Virus record (IMG/VR): IMGVR_UViG_3300031707_000002
Direction: 5' to 3' (one strand)
From: an uncultured virus (IMG/VR IMGVR_UViG_3300031707_000002)
Taxonomy: Duplodnaviria > Heunggongvirae > Uroviricota > Caudoviricetes
Length of the DNA stretch: 64,000 nucleotides
The notes under the pieces are model-generated. The model made no database searches. It saw only the letters and a program-made list of their open reading frames with translations, and was not told the DNA's origin. This document shows, piece by piece, positions 31,493-41,319 of the stretch. How positions within the stretch are numbered: the stretch's first letter is position 1; each line of letters opens with the position of its first letter. Position numbers and translations under genes: made by a program.

Positions 31493-31559
31493 ACTAACTC
31501 CTTCAAAAAAATGTGTCTGTCAATATCGGATACTGTTTACAGATTTACCATCTGCTAAA

Positions 31560-32528
31560 CTAACTCAACATCGAATTTGAAACCACATTCAACTCAAGCT
31601 CGGCAGGTGTAGTAGCTGCAAGAGCCGAAATCCGAAGAGTACCAAAAACCCGACCATCAATAGACACATTCTTTTCACCTTCACTCTGAACAGAAACTCC
31701 AGAAGAAACAAGAACACCAGCATCCGCACCACCCACAAAATTATCAAGAGCACTGATAGCAGCATTAACAACACCAGCCGAAACATCAGTAAGAGCAGCA
31801 GAAGCCGCCTTACCAACAGTACCCCACGCTGTCCCTGACGCTACACCAGCAATCACTTGAGCCACTGTTGACGTAGCAGCCTTGGAAATAGTCACACTAT
31901 TCTTAGCCCACGCAATTGTCTCAGAACCCGCTGCAACTGTGTTCTGCATAACCACAGTATACTCATTGTAAACTTGACCACCAAGAAGAGCAGTAACCGA
32001 AACTTTGTTCTTCTCACCATAAGCCTTAGAAGGATTGAAATTGTTATTGCTTTGAGCAAGAACAAGAGAAACAACACCACCAAAAAGATGCTTAAACATC
32101 AGGACAGGATTTACAGGAAAACCCTTTCCACCCTCTTTTTCAAGATTAAGGTCAATCGAAGAAGGGGCAACACCAACAACCGCATCCGGCATCATACGGA
32201 TAGCAGTCAAAGCCTGAGCAACAACAGCAGTACCACCAGCAGCAATAGCAGCAATAGTTCCCCAAGGAGTTCCAGTTACAGTAGCAGCAAGAACCTGAGT
32301 AATCGTTGACACACCACCCTGCACATTGATCGTGCAACGATTCGGTGTCCAAACAATCGTCTCATGTGTCGCTACTACTGAATTAAGAACCTCCACACCA
32401 AAGTCATTCTGCACCTCACCAACATCAATAGCAGTAATGCTCATAATGTTGACCACAGGAAACTCACCATACGCCTTAACACCAGTAACCACAGGAGCCT
32501 GAATAATCTTGCGAATAACGGATACCAT
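31560..32528 (-). CDS. Ala/Val-rich structural protein with internal duplication
   Basis: Two related halves ('ETIVW.PN..TI...ST.TQV.A...GTPWGT' and 'ETIAWAKN..TI...ST.AQV.A...GTAWGT'). Confidence 0.65.
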   Translation of the reverse strand: MVSVIRKIIQAPVVTGVKAYGEFPVVNIMSITAIDVGEVQNDFGVEVLNSVVATHETIVWTPNRCTINVQGGVSTITQVLAATVTGTPWGTIAAIAAGGTAVVAQALTAIRMMPDAVVGVAPSSIDLNLEKEGGKGFPVNPVLMFKHLFGGVVSLVLAQSNNNFNPSKAYGEKNKVSVTALLGGQVYNEYTVVMQNTVAAGSETIAWAKNSVTISKAATSTVAQVIAGVASGTAWGTVGKAASAALTDVSAGVVNAAISALDNFVGGADAGVLVSSGVSVQSEGEKNVSIDGRVFGTLRISALAATTPAELELNVVSNSMLS

Positions 32529-32549
32529 ACCTGCCTCCTAAAAGTTAAG

Positions 32550-33035
32550 TTATTTCAGTGCTTTAACTACACTCGAAACTATGAAAGGCAACGTATACAA
32601 AGCATTATCAAGATGCTTGCAAACCGTTCCTTCAAGATTCGGATTTCTTATCTTGGGTATTCTCTTTTCTTTCTTACCAACCACCGAATCAAGCTGAGTC
32701 AAGATATATCTGTACCCGTAATAGAGAAATGAAGGACAACCACAATCTACTTTCAAGTCCCCGTATATTGCCAACCTCACCCGATCAATCAACTTCAACT
32801 TATCATCTGGTATATCTAAAGCAACCTGCAAATCAACCAGTTTTATCTTCTGTTTCCACTTTAATCCAGTACCCGGATAGGTCTGGGACTCAGTAGAAAA
32901 AATCAAAGAACTACTCTTCTTATCAAACTTTACAAACTTAGTTCCCGAAGGCAACTTCTTAGATCGTGCTCGTATCTTAGGCTGAACTGCACCCCTCAAA
33001 TCCCCGTAAGTAAATTCCAGCAAAGACCCGCTCAT
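32550..33035 (-). CDS. SWIM-type zinc-finger protein of large phages
   Basis: 'LKVDCGCPSFLYYG...RNP...VCKHL'. Confidence 0.7.
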   Translation of the reverse strand: MSGSLLEFTYGDLRGAVQPKIRARSKKLPSGTKFVKFDKKSSSLIFSTESQTYPGTGLKWKQKIKLVDLQVALDIPDDKLKLIDRVRLAIYGDLKVDCGCPSFLYYGYRYILTQLDSVVGKKEKRIPKIRNPNLEGTVCKHLDNALYTLPFIVSSVVKALK

Positions 33036-33076
33036 TCAAATTGACCTTCATAGTAGTTTATCACATTAACACATCA

Positions 33077-33388
33077 CTACGACTTATTTATCAACTCATC
33101 CAGCTTCTTAATCACCGCCCCAAACCCTTCCTCATCTTGCTTTCTTCGCTCATTATCTTCTATTTTTTCACGTATCCACTTCACATCTGTTGTAACAACA
33201 GTAATACTCTCAACAAGTGCTGCATGGGAACCACACACAAAACCATTCGTCTTCTTACTTGGCTTTTCAGAAGAATCTTCTCTTTTACCTTTCTTAAAAG
33301 CCTCAATAATCTTCACAGTACCTATTCCTCCTCCAGCAAGTAAAGCACCAATTCCGGCACCTACTTGCCCAAGATATGATGCATCCAT
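33077..33388 (-). CDS. Small membrane-anchored protein (holin-like, tentative)
   Basis: One Gly-rich hydrophobic N-terminal segment followed by a charged tail. Confidence 0.4.
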   Translation of the reverse strand: MDASYLGQVGAGIGALLAGGGIGTVKIIEAFKKGKREDSSEKPSKKTNGFVCGSHAALVESITVVTTDVKWIREKIEDNERRKQDEEGFGAVIKKLDELINKS

Positions 33389-33443
33389 AATATTCCTCTT
33401 AGATGTAATCCCGAAGATGCTGTATCAAATCTAAATACGCAAA

Positions 33444-33833
33444 TCACGGAGTAGCATCACGACCAACAAAAATAGTCACAATCGCATCAACAGATATGTG
33501 GCTATTTGAAAAGAATAACTTATCAGGATCGGCACCAAGAAGTCCAACCTCCCCGGCACCAACAAGCAACTGCATAGAATCAAGAACAATCGGAGAACCA
33601 CCAGCAGTATGCGCTTTATAAGAAAGACCTGCGGGATACTGATTAGCCTTGATAGCAAGAACATGAACAGCAGTAACAAGACCTGTAAAAAGATCCACTT
33701 CCATGTCAGAACTTCCGTGAGGAACTGACACCTCAACCTTGTCAATAGCCTCACATGTAATGTTCTTCTGTTCCGAAAGAGAAGAATCTCCGAGAATCTG
33801 CGTGTTCTGAGAAACAACTATAGTATTTGGCAT
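33444..33833 (-). CDS. Hypothetical protein, probably structural
   Basis: 129 aa, AGGAGG RBS. Confidence 0.6.
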   Translation of the reverse strand: MPNTIVVSQNTQILGDSSLSEQKNITCEAIDKVEVSVPHGSSDMEVDLFTGLVTAVHVLAIKANQYPAGLSYKAHTAGGSPIVLDSMQLLVGAGEVGLLGADPDKLFFSNSHISVDAIVTIFVGRDATP

Positions 33834-33848
33834 AAGTCCTCCTATTTG

Positions 33849-35165
33849 TTAAAACTCAATTCCATTTTTACGGGCATTTTCTACTACTTCCAAAATCTCG
33901 TCCACAGAGTCTATGTTTGACCCAACACGGTAACCTTTAACCAAACCACTATTTTCTTTTATCTTACTAATACATTCCTCAACAGTATCACCTAAAACAA
34001 TCATAAACCCAACAGGATCAGTTGGTCCTGTCCCAGGTATCACATAATCAAGTCCGTTTACCCGACACCTCATCTTCAATTTAACAATTTTTCTTATTGT
34101 CTCATCTTCAAAGTATATAGGATTCCAAACAAGCTCAGAGGAATTAGTAAATACTGCTACCTGCATGGCATATTTACTTCTGTACTTTGGCTCTGTAACA
34201 ATTCCCTTTGAACCATACCAAATAATCTCCGCAAGGTTCTCCACCCACTCACACTGAATCTCAGAATTTGGAGAACCACAACGACAAGTACAATCTATCA
34301 GGTAATTATTTCCATCTTCACCCATTCTAACCTCAGTAGCAAACCACCCCCTATACCCATAATCGGAAAAGACAGGCTTCAACTTGTCCATACTTTCCTT
34401 CATGGACTCATGCAGCTTATCATAAGAAACATGCGTCGTTATGTAAGCCTTATCCTTTATCTCAAAACCCATACCCATCTGTGAAGCATACTCACCATCT
34501 ACCACAAAAGCATCAACACCACACTCAACTTTTGACTTTATAGGAGACTCAAGTATGTAATCAACCTTACCATCTAACTTACGAGCAACCCCAAGATCAG
34601 ACGCAACTTTCAATAAGAAATCCTCTGACTTTTTATGACTCTCTATGTGGTGTGTCTCAAAAAGACCCCTCCACCACGACACCTTCAAGTATAGGTCTGA
34701 ATTTCCATTCTTTATATGGTCAACAACATCGTCAAAATTAGTAAAATACTCTGCTTCAGATACAGGCAACCCTATTTTCTTGAATACCTGTTCTCTTGTC
34801 TCTATTCGGAGTAGTTCTAACTTCTCTCCATCACGACTCCCCCAAACCCGCTTCCCAAGGGAAATAAGATGTTCCTGCAAATCCCCCATATACACATCTG
34901 GAAAAACAAACAAATCTACCTCATTAAAGTCATACCCCTTATCTGGACACTTGTAAAACATCTGATCAATAACAGTAATTCCAGACAACCCCTCTCCAAT
35001 CATCGACTTTTTAACATCTGGAAATGAGGAGTAATTAGGAACCCAATAAAACACCTTACCAAAATCCCTCGCCAACCTTTCAGCAACAAATGTAAAAACC
35101 CCTGTATCTACTACAAGAACTTTTTTGTCTTTAAGATTGTCCACCACTAAATCCTTATGTAACAA
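33849..35165 (-). CDS. ATP-grasp ligase, PurD-like
   Basis: 'KRVWGS...EKLE..R', 'YLKVS', 'ILESPI..KVECGVD', 'GFE.K', 'YRGWFATE', 'IDCTCRCGSP'. Confidence 0.75.
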   Translation of the reverse strand: MLHKDLVVDNLKDKKVLVVDTGVFTFVAERLARDFGKVFYWVPNYSSFPDVKKSMIGEGLSGITVIDQMFYKCPDKGYDFNEVDLFVFPDVYMGDLQEHLISLGKRVWGSRDGEKLELLRIETREQVFKKIGLPVSEAEYFTNFDDVVDHIKNGNSDLYLKVSWWRGLFETHHIESHKKSEDFLLKVASDLGVARKLDGKVDYILESPIKSKVECGVDAFVVDGEYASQMGMGFEIKDKAYITTHVSYDKLHESMKESMDKLKPVFSDYGYRGWFATEVRMGEDGNNYLIDCTCRCGSPNSEIQCEWVENLAEIIWYGSKGIVTEPKYRSKYAMQVAVFTNSSELVWNPIYFEDETIRKIVKLKMRCRVNGLDYVIPGTGPTDPVGFMIVLGDTVEECISKIKENSGLVKGYRVGSNIDSVDEILEVVENARKNGIEF

Positions 35166-35715
35166 AGTAAGTAATTATCCTTTTCAATGCCTCACGAACC
35201 TTAACCAAACTCTCCATATCTAAGTTTATGTTGGCGTGATACTTGCCAACAACCGGAATACACAAACTAAAAACCCTACACCCTCTTTTACTCCAAACAC
35301 ACGACTCATCATCATCCACCGCTACAGGCTTATACTCGTACTGTAAATCCTCAGAATCCAAAAAATCACAAAACTGCTTTATCGAAAGCTCATCCCAATT
35401 GTAGAAATTCTCAATAGAAAAGTCTTTTCCGTCTGACCTGCCCAAATCAATAACTATAACAACGTCATTCTTAGAAACAGAAGGAAGATCATCAACCCCA
35501 AACTCTTCGCCCTGAGAATGCACAACCTTCAAAGACCCACTCTTACACAACAACCTCAAAGCAGGATTATCATACACCGTCAAGTACGAAACCAAAACCC
35601 CAAGAAAATTATCCAAAAGACCTTGATGTACGCCGCCCTCAAACGTCAAATTTCCGTCATTACGAACCTTATCCAAATGAGCACTAAGAATAACCATAGA
35701 TACCTCCCATAACAT
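35155..35715 (-). CDS. Putative M28/M20-like Zn peptidase (compact)
   Basis: 'ILSAHLD', 'LDNFLG', 'GEE', 'VIDL', C-terminal 'YH'. Confidence 0.6.
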   Translation of the reverse strand: MLWEVSMVILSAHLDKVRNDGNLTFEGGVHQGLLDNFLGVLVSYLTVYDNPALRLLCKSGSLKVVHSQGEEFGVDDLPSVSKNDVVIVIDLGRSDGKDFSIENFYNWDELSIKQFCDFLDSEDLQYEYKPVAVDDDESCVWSKRGCRVFSLCIPVVGKYHANINLDMESLVKVREALKRIITYFVT

Positions 35716-35724
35716 TAGAAACTA

Positions 35725-35907
35725 TTAAGACTTATGAAGACCTTTAACAATCTTCAAAGACCCTGCTGGCAAAGACTTTACTGGATCAGAAGCAACAACA
35801 TCCTTTTTATCTTTCTTTTCTTCCGCAACAACCTCTTTAAGTACAACTACAGGGGGTTGTTGCTCCTCTGGTAGACTCTTCTCGTATATCCTTGATAAGA
35901 GATTCAT
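35725..35907 (-). CDS. Small protein with N-terminal LLxxIYE motif
   Basis: Starts MNLLSRIYE; GGAG RBS. Confidence 0.7.
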   Translation of the reverse strand: MNLLSRIYEKSLPEEQQPPVVVLKEVVAEEKKDKKDVVASDPVKSLPAGSLKIVKGLHKS

Positions 35908-35921
35908 AGACTAAACTCCCA

Positions 35922-36455
35922 CTACTTCGAGTAGTAATCAGTTGCCCCTGTCCGCGTAGACTCCTTCTTACTCAACTCAAGACTCTTCACAACACCCATA
36001 GCCACATCATCACTCTCTGTCGTGAAAACTGCTCCCTCTTTATCGGCCCCACGCTTCCAGAGAGCATCTATACCCTTCGCTTCCATCTTAGCTTCAACAT
36101 TAGTCAACCCTCGAAGATACCACACCTTATCCTGCTTGTAGACCTCAACAGGATTATTGCCTTGCTCATTGACCTGCTCTTTAGGCTTCTCCTTTGACTC
36201 CTCGTACATCTTAACCATCAAAACCCCCTTGAAAGATTCTGTCTTAGTTGGCATTGCCGCCGCCCCCAAAGACTTTTTCAAAACAGCAAGCGTCTTAGGA
36301 TCTTCCTTATCCGGCTGCTCCAACTTTGTCATTATATTGGAAAGCAACTCAAAAGGAATACTATCATCTGCCCTCTTCTGGGTCATTCTCTCAGTAACAA
36401 CACTAAGCAACGTGTGAAGTACGTTATTCTCTTTTGGGGTCAGGGACACATTCAT
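35922..36455 (-). CDS. Hypothetical protein with internal LMVKMYE motif
   Basis: 177-aa ORF coupled to the upstream gene. Confidence 0.7.
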   Translation of the reverse strand: MNVSLTPKENNVLHTLLSVVTERMTQKRADDSIPFELLSNIMTKLEQPDKEDPKTLAVLKKSLGAAAMPTKTESFKGVLMVKMYEESKEKPKEQVNEQGNNPVEVYKQDKVWYLRGLTNVEAKMEAKGIDALWKRGADKEGAVFTTESDDVAMGVVKSLELSKKESTRTGATDYYSK

Positions 36456-36832
36456 TAGAAACCTCCGGGGTTATGTGATGCAGCATACGCCGCTGACGAC
36501 CTCTTTGGTGACTGATCTAAGTTAGTATAGTCAAATTGAATATCCGGCTTCTTCTTTAGAATCTTCTTACTTTCTTTGGAATCATAAAACTCACCTGTGT
36601 CCGGCTGAGTGTCGTACATCTTCTGAAGCAACGACACGTCAACACCTTCGTTCTCAGACTTGTACGCCAAGTTTGCTATTCGTATTTTCAGAATGTTCTT
36701 TCCATTTACTATAGGCTGTCCATGCACATCCTTACCAATTTCCTTAACAGTAACACGACGATTTTTGAACTTTCCAGTAAAAATCGTATCCCCTACCTCA
36801 ATTGGAATAACTATGCTCATAACTACTTCCAC
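36455..36832 (-). CDS. Hypothetical protein with internal LLQKMYD motif
   Basis: N-terminal 'IEVGDTIFTGKFKNRRVTVKEIGKD.HGQP..NG' SH3-like module. Confidence 0.7.
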   Translation of the reverse strand: MEVVMSIVIPIEVGDTIFTGKFKNRRVTVKEIGKDVHGQPIVNGKNILKIRIANLAYKSENEGVDVSLLQKMYDTQPDTGEFYDSKESKKILKKKPDIQFDYTNLDQSPKRSSAAYAASHNPGGF

Positions 36833-36981
36833 ACTTACTGTTTTAGTTCTTGTGTAATATCAGAGTATCCATCTGATATTTTCCTCATACACTTAGCCAA
36901 TGCCTTACTCTCCACACCTCTCTGATCTTCCCCCTCAGCAATCACCTTTACTTGAGGTGTGTACCCTATCCGGCCAAATGC

Positions 36982-38082
36982 CTATCCTCCACAGTTTATA
37001 GTGGACAGACTTTTCTGGCAGGGTTCTTTAGCCGCCCTGTGCAAAATGTTAATGGCTGCGTTATAATCCGCGTCCATCTCCACTTTACAATCAATACACT
37101 TGTACCGCTCGCCCACACGAGACTCCTTGTGTATTGATCCACACACTGAACAAGTCTGGGAAGTGTAAGCTGGATTGACCTTTGTAAGAAGAACACCGTT
37201 CTCCTCACAAGTTCTCACCAGCTTACCTATTGCCGATAAATAGACCCAATACTGCAACTTGTTCATAAACTTTGTCGAAATTCGATGATCCTTCTTAGAA
37301 TTTCTTTTGACGTTCTTTAGGTCTTCTATAGCAAGACTGTTTACGTTTGACAGGTCTAACTCGTTCACAACTCGGTTAATTTCATTGTCCCGGAATCTCA
37401 AACTCTGCTTAAAATTCTTAGAGTTCCTTACCTTCTTTGATATGTCTGTACAAACTTGCTCAATATCGGTCCCTAAAAACTGACCATCGGAAGTTGAAAG
37501 CAATTTCTTGTAGCCAATATCAACTCCCAAAGACTTACCTGTAGATTTTATTACAGGTGCCTCTTTCTCAAAAGTCAAAAACACAAAATACTTGCCGGAT
37601 TCGTCTTTGGTTAATTTGATGTTCTTCTTACGCTTCCAATCAGCATACTTCAAATAATGCTTGTGATACTTGATTGGTAAGTTTATTGTGACTGCTCGAT
37701 GCTTACCATCCTGAAAATAGGGCAATCGAATATGAATAAACTCATCAAAATGACCATCTTCTTGTACTTCAATATCAAACATCCGGTCATCCAACGAGAT
37801 TGAAGTATTTTGTATCTCTGGCTTTGATTTTTTCTGTTTCTTCTGATTGGACCTGATAATCTCAGATGCTTGCTTATATAAAATTTGTTTCCAAGCAGAA
37901 TAAGTAAAAAGATTTGAAGGACAATCCTTAGAACTGAGAAACTTCTTCAGTGGAAGTTTCTTATCCCAAATTTGATCTATATAAAACTGTAAGTCAACCT
38001 TATAGTCTTGAAATAACTGGTCTAATTGCTTAGACTTAGTACCAGTTTGATACTTCAAAATGTGTTTGGTTGATCTTAACAT
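36982..38082 (-). CDS. tnpB: IS200/IS605-family RNA-guided nuclease TnpB (solo, no tnpA in window)
   Basis: RuvC-I 'LGVDIG', RuvC-II 'LAIEDL', 'VNPAYTSQTCSVCG', 'CIDC', RuvC-III 'DADYNAAINI'. Confidence 0.92.
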   Translation of the reverse strand: MLRSTKHILKYQTGTKSKQLDQLFQDYKVDLQFYIDQIWDKKLPLKKFLSSKDCPSNLFTYSAWKQILYKQASEIIRSNQKKQKKSKPEIQNTSISLDDRMFDIEVQEDGHFDEFIHIRLPYFQDGKHRAVTINLPIKYHKHYLKYADWKRKKNIKLTKDESGKYFVFLTFEKEAPVIKSTGKSLGVDIGYKKLLSTSDGQFLGTDIEQVCTDISKKVRNSKNFKQSLRFRDNEINRVVNELDLSNVNSLAIEDLKNVKRNSKKDHRISTKFMNKLQYWVYLSAIGKLVRTCEENGVLLTKVNPAYTSQTCSVCGSIHKESRVGERYKCIDCKVEMDADYNAAINILHRAAKEPCQKSLSTINCGG

Positions 38083-38119
38083 AATTATCTATGTATAATT
38101 TATCACAACACCCCTTACT

Positions 38120-38704
38120 TTAGTCCTTCAGCAAATCCTGAATTTCATCCTGAGAATGTCCAGCAGCCTTCATGTAATCCTGAATCTTCTTCTCAGACCA
38201 ACCACCCTTATTCAACATGAACAAGTAAGCAGCCTTCAAGTCCATCCCACCCATAATATTCGCCGCCATCTTACTCATCTTCAAAGTCTTGAGCGCAATC
38301 TTCTTTTAATGCCCTTCAGGAACACCCTCTTCTACTTTACCTTCGGTAATCTTCAACTCTTTAAGAACTTTTGTCAAAATCTCCTGATACGCCTTCATTA
38401 AAGCCTTTGCCTGCGGCCCACCCTTCTTCATTATCTTATAAACTTCCATTGTAAATCTTAATTCTACATTTGCACCTCTACGCACACAATCAACTCTTGC
38501 ATCACCAACCTTACTAAACAGCTTATCATATTTTGGCTCTTGTTGCTCATAATTTACATTATACGCAATATCATCTTGAGGATTTACTTCTTCTGGTACA
38601 CCTCTAATAACAGCACCAGCAAATCCCCAATCCGATTTCTTTACTTCTATTCCTTCACTTACCTTCCTGTTTTCATACATCTCTTCAAGTAAGCTCATAA
38701 ACAC
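38120..38704 (-). pseudogene. LLxxMYE-family gene with an in-frame TAA at 38306-38308
   Basis: The 132-aa ORF continues in frame for 61 more codons after the stop (EGH*KKIALKTLKMSKMAANIMGGMD...LLKD*). Confidence 0.55.
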
Positions 38705-38708
38705 ACTC

Positions 38709-38966
38709 CTACATGTAAAGATGACCTAATAACTTCTTTGATTTCAATTCATAAATCCCAACAAACCCTGTGTCCATTCCTTGAATATACTTAGCAAACT
38801 TCGTTATAAGATCATCAAAACTATCTGTAAAATCCCTTGTATGACCACGCTTTTCTTTGAACTCCTTTTCATCGTCAGGATCGTGTACTTCTTGTGATGC
38901 ACCAATAAGAGCATACTTCTTCTTAGAAATTTCCTTCTCGTACATCTTGGTAAAAAGACTATCCAT
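38709..38966 (-). CDS. Small protein, N-terminal LFTKMYE motif
   Basis: 85 aa, GGAG RBS. Confidence 0.7.
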   Translation of the reverse strand: MDSLFTKMYEKEISKKKYALIGASQEVHDPDDEKEFKEKRGHTRDFTDSFDDLITKFAKYIQGMDTGFVGIYELKSKKLLGHLYM

Positions 38967-38974
38967 AACAACTC

Positions 38975-39376
38975 CTATGACAAGTATGAATTTAATTCAT
39001 AAGGCTTAGGTGCCTGACTGTTCTTGTAAATATCAAGAACCAAAACACTATTCTTAATCTCTGCACAAGTAGGCGCATCCTTCCAAAGCCGCCGCACTAA
39101 GTCAATCCGCAACCGTACCGTTTCACCAGAAGACATCGCCCCATTAAACGTCCCTACCCACTTCTCATCACCAACCACAGGAACAAGACCCAACTCCTCT
39201 AACGCTGCCAACACAGTAGTCGTAATATCGCCCAAAGACTTATAATAAGACTCTTTTACAAGATTAGAATACTGCCTACGAATCCGAGACGGAAGAGACT
39301 CAGACCCCTCTATATGGACAGTCTCACCACTGCCCATCAAGGACATGCCCTCGTACATTCGTGTAAGAAGACTCAC
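38975..39376 (-). CDS. Small protein, N-terminal LLTRMYE motif
   Basis: Likely GTG start at 39376 overlapping the upstream stop. Confidence 0.7.
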   Translation of the reverse strand: MSLLTRMYEGMSLMGSGETVHIEGSESLPSRIRRQYSNLVKESYYKSLGDITTTVLAALEELGLVPVVGDEKWVGTFNGAMSSGETVRLRIDLVRRLWKDAPTCAEIKNSVLVLDIYKNSQAPKPYELNSYLS

Positions 39377-39699
39377 TCTAAAACCTCTTTCCATTCAGAG
39401 TAAAGTAATGTTACCCCACTCTTCTCAACAGCACCAAAATCAATATCATCCCAATTCCGAATATTAGCGTTTGGCCTTACTTTTTTAATAATCAACTTCC
39501 TTAACTCATTAGGAACCCCTCCTTGATTATTAAAAATTCGTATGTAAGGATCGGTTGTTATACTTCCAGAAATTTGTGCGGACCAAGAGTAACCACCAAA
39601 ATTCTTCTTTAACCACTGCTTCAACTCCTTAGAAAAGTCAGTATAAACCTTCTTTTCTTTTGAAGAAACTTCCTCATACATCTGCTGAAGCAAGCTCAT
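39373..39699 (-). CDS. Small protein, N-terminal LLQQMYE motif
   Basis: ATG at 39699 preceded by GGAG. Confidence 0.7.
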   Translation of the reverse strand: MSLLQQMYEEVSSKEKKVYTDFSKELKQWLKKNFGGYSWSAQISGSITTDPYIRIFNNQGGVPNELRKLIIKKVRPNANIRNWDDIDFGAVEKSGVTLLYSEWKEVLE

Positions 39700-39700
39700 A

Positions 39701-39982
39701 TTATCTCCCGAAAACATTTTTACCCTTATACTGAAAGAACACTTCCATCTTATCTGTCAAGGTCTTGATATTGTCCTTGATTCTATCCTCTAAGTCTTTG
39801 GCAACAACCTTGGGATCTTCCTTTTGACGCTCAACACGATCCACAAACTCCTTCTCCCAATCCTTAGAGTTAGACGCTATTTTCTTTGAAATAGAAGCAC
39901 CCGAAGGAAGCTCCAACACAACAACTGCCTTGTCCCTCTTAGGGAATGTGCTTACCTCATACATCCTTTTCAAAAGAGCCAT
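39701..39982 (-). CDS. Small protein, N-terminal LLKRMYE motif
   Basis: 93-aa ORF. Confidence 0.7.
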   Translation of the reverse strand: MALLKRMYEVSTFPKRDKAVVVLELPSGASISKKIASNSKDWEKEFVDRVERQKEDPKVVAKDLEDRIKDNIKTLTDKMEVFFQYKGKNVFGR

Positions 39983-39984
39983 GA

Positions 39985-40536
39985 CTACACCTTACTTCTC
40001 TGAATCTTATTCAACCTATCATTCGACTTCTTAACCCTTTCAGCATCCCCGGACATCCTCGCCTTCACCACAGAAGCCCTCGCACGAGCAACTTTTTCAG
40101 ATTTACTACTCACGGCTTCAATAACCCTACCACCCTTACCACGCTTCTTTTTCTTATACTCGGGGTCAATAGAATCTGTTGAAGGGTAATAAAACTGCTT
40201 TCCAGCAGAACCAACTGACCCCGCAGTAGTCAACTCATACATCGCCACAATCAATGGGAAAATGGATCTTTCGTTCTTTTCTCCTCTTGCCTTCTCAAAA
40301 GCAACCGGAGAGTAATCATGTGTCTTGAGCCATGACTTAGCCTCTGCCGGAGTAAACTTGTCTGCTGAGAACCTAATAGACGCTACCGTTGTCCTCCCAC
40401 CCTTCTCACCCTTCTTTGCCCTTAGACCATACAGCACACTTATCCCCGGCTTAAAAGCATCCGTCTTCCAACGATAGCCCTTAAACTTCGTGTTATCTAT
40501 CGTTGCTGAATGATAATTTACAAAACCACGAGGCAT
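39985..40536 (-). CDS. Basic protein with internal LIVAMYE motif
   Basis: 183 aa, AGGAG RBS; 'SIRFSADKFTPAEAKSWLKTH' module. Confidence 0.7.
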   Translation of the reverse strand: MPRGFVNYHSATIDNTKFKGYRWKTDAFKPGISVLYGLRAKKGEKGGRTTVASIRFSADKFTPAEAKSWLKTHDYSPVAFEKARGEKNERSIFPLIVAMYELTTAGSVGSAGKQFYYPSTDSIDPEYKKKKRGKGGRVIEAVSSKSEKVARARASVVKARMSGDAERVKKSNDRLNKIQRSKV

Positions 40537-40548
40537 GAAAACTCCTTC

Positions 40549-40854
40549 TTATGCGGGTATGATATACCCTACCTTCTTCTTATCATCCCAAACTGCAACC
40601 TTCTCACCCACATTTGAAAGCATATAACACTTTTCCTCAGACTTTATTTCACCCTTATGAAACCGATCTAAGTCTTTCTTGGAATAAAAGCAATGTGACT
40701 CAGAAGCAGAGAAATACTTCTGCTTTTCAAGAAAGTCGTCAAACTTCTTTCTATCTGTAAACTTCACTACCTTAGAATTAGCTGAAAGAAGTTTTACAAC
40801 ATCAGGAATAATTGGATCAATGTAATCCTCATAAATCTTCACAAGTAAACCCAT
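40549..40854 (-). CDS. Small protein, N-terminal LLVKIYE motif
   Basis: 101 aa, AGGAG RBS. Confidence 0.7.
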   Translation of the reverse strand: MGLLVKIYEDYIDPIIPDVVKLLSANSKVVKFTDRKKFDDFLEKQKYFSASESHCFYSKKDLDRFHKGEIKSEEKCYMLSNVGEKVAVWDDKKKVGYIIPA

Positions 40855-40866
40855 AACAACTCCTTC

Positions 40867-41319
40867 TTATTTCTCAATTATCTCGTACTTTCCAGACTTC
40901 TTCTCTTGATCCAACTTGTCTTTTGTAATAACCTTCTTAATTGACTTACCAGAAATCGGAAACACATAAGTCACAGCATATTTACCGTCACTACGAGGTA
41001 AACTACTCACATAAAGAGTAGACTTCCCTGTAGGAACATCACCAAAACCTTCGTACATCTTGACAAGTAATCCAGTATCAACTGCCTCTACCTTTTGAAC
41101 TCTTGAATTCCAAAGCCTCAACTCGGACATTGGATTTTTAGGAATCTCTTTGAAAATATAATACCACTCGGAACCAATCGCATCTGTTGTTACTCTGTCA
41201 ACAGTAACAGGGGATTTATCCACAGCACGGGGAAATACTAACTTATCACCTTTCTTATACAACGGCTTCCCTTTTGGGGCTTCAACCATATTACCCCAAA
41301 TATCCTTAATCTTCATCAA
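40867..41319 (-). CDS. Two-module protein with internal LLVKMYE motif
   Basis: 150-aa ORF. Confidence 0.7.
   Translation of the reverse strand: MMKIKDIWGNMVEAPKGKPLYKKGDKLVFPRAVDKSPVTVDRVTTDAIGSEWYYIFKEIPKNPMSELRLWNSRVQKVEAVDTGLLVKMYEGFGDVPTGKSTLYVSSLPRSDGKYAVTYVFPISGKSIKKVITKDKLDQEKKSGKYEIIEK

Noticed and set aside
36982..38082. Type V CRISPR effector (Cas12f-like)
   Set aside because: No CRISPR array or cas genes were seen nearby; size and motifs fit TnpB.
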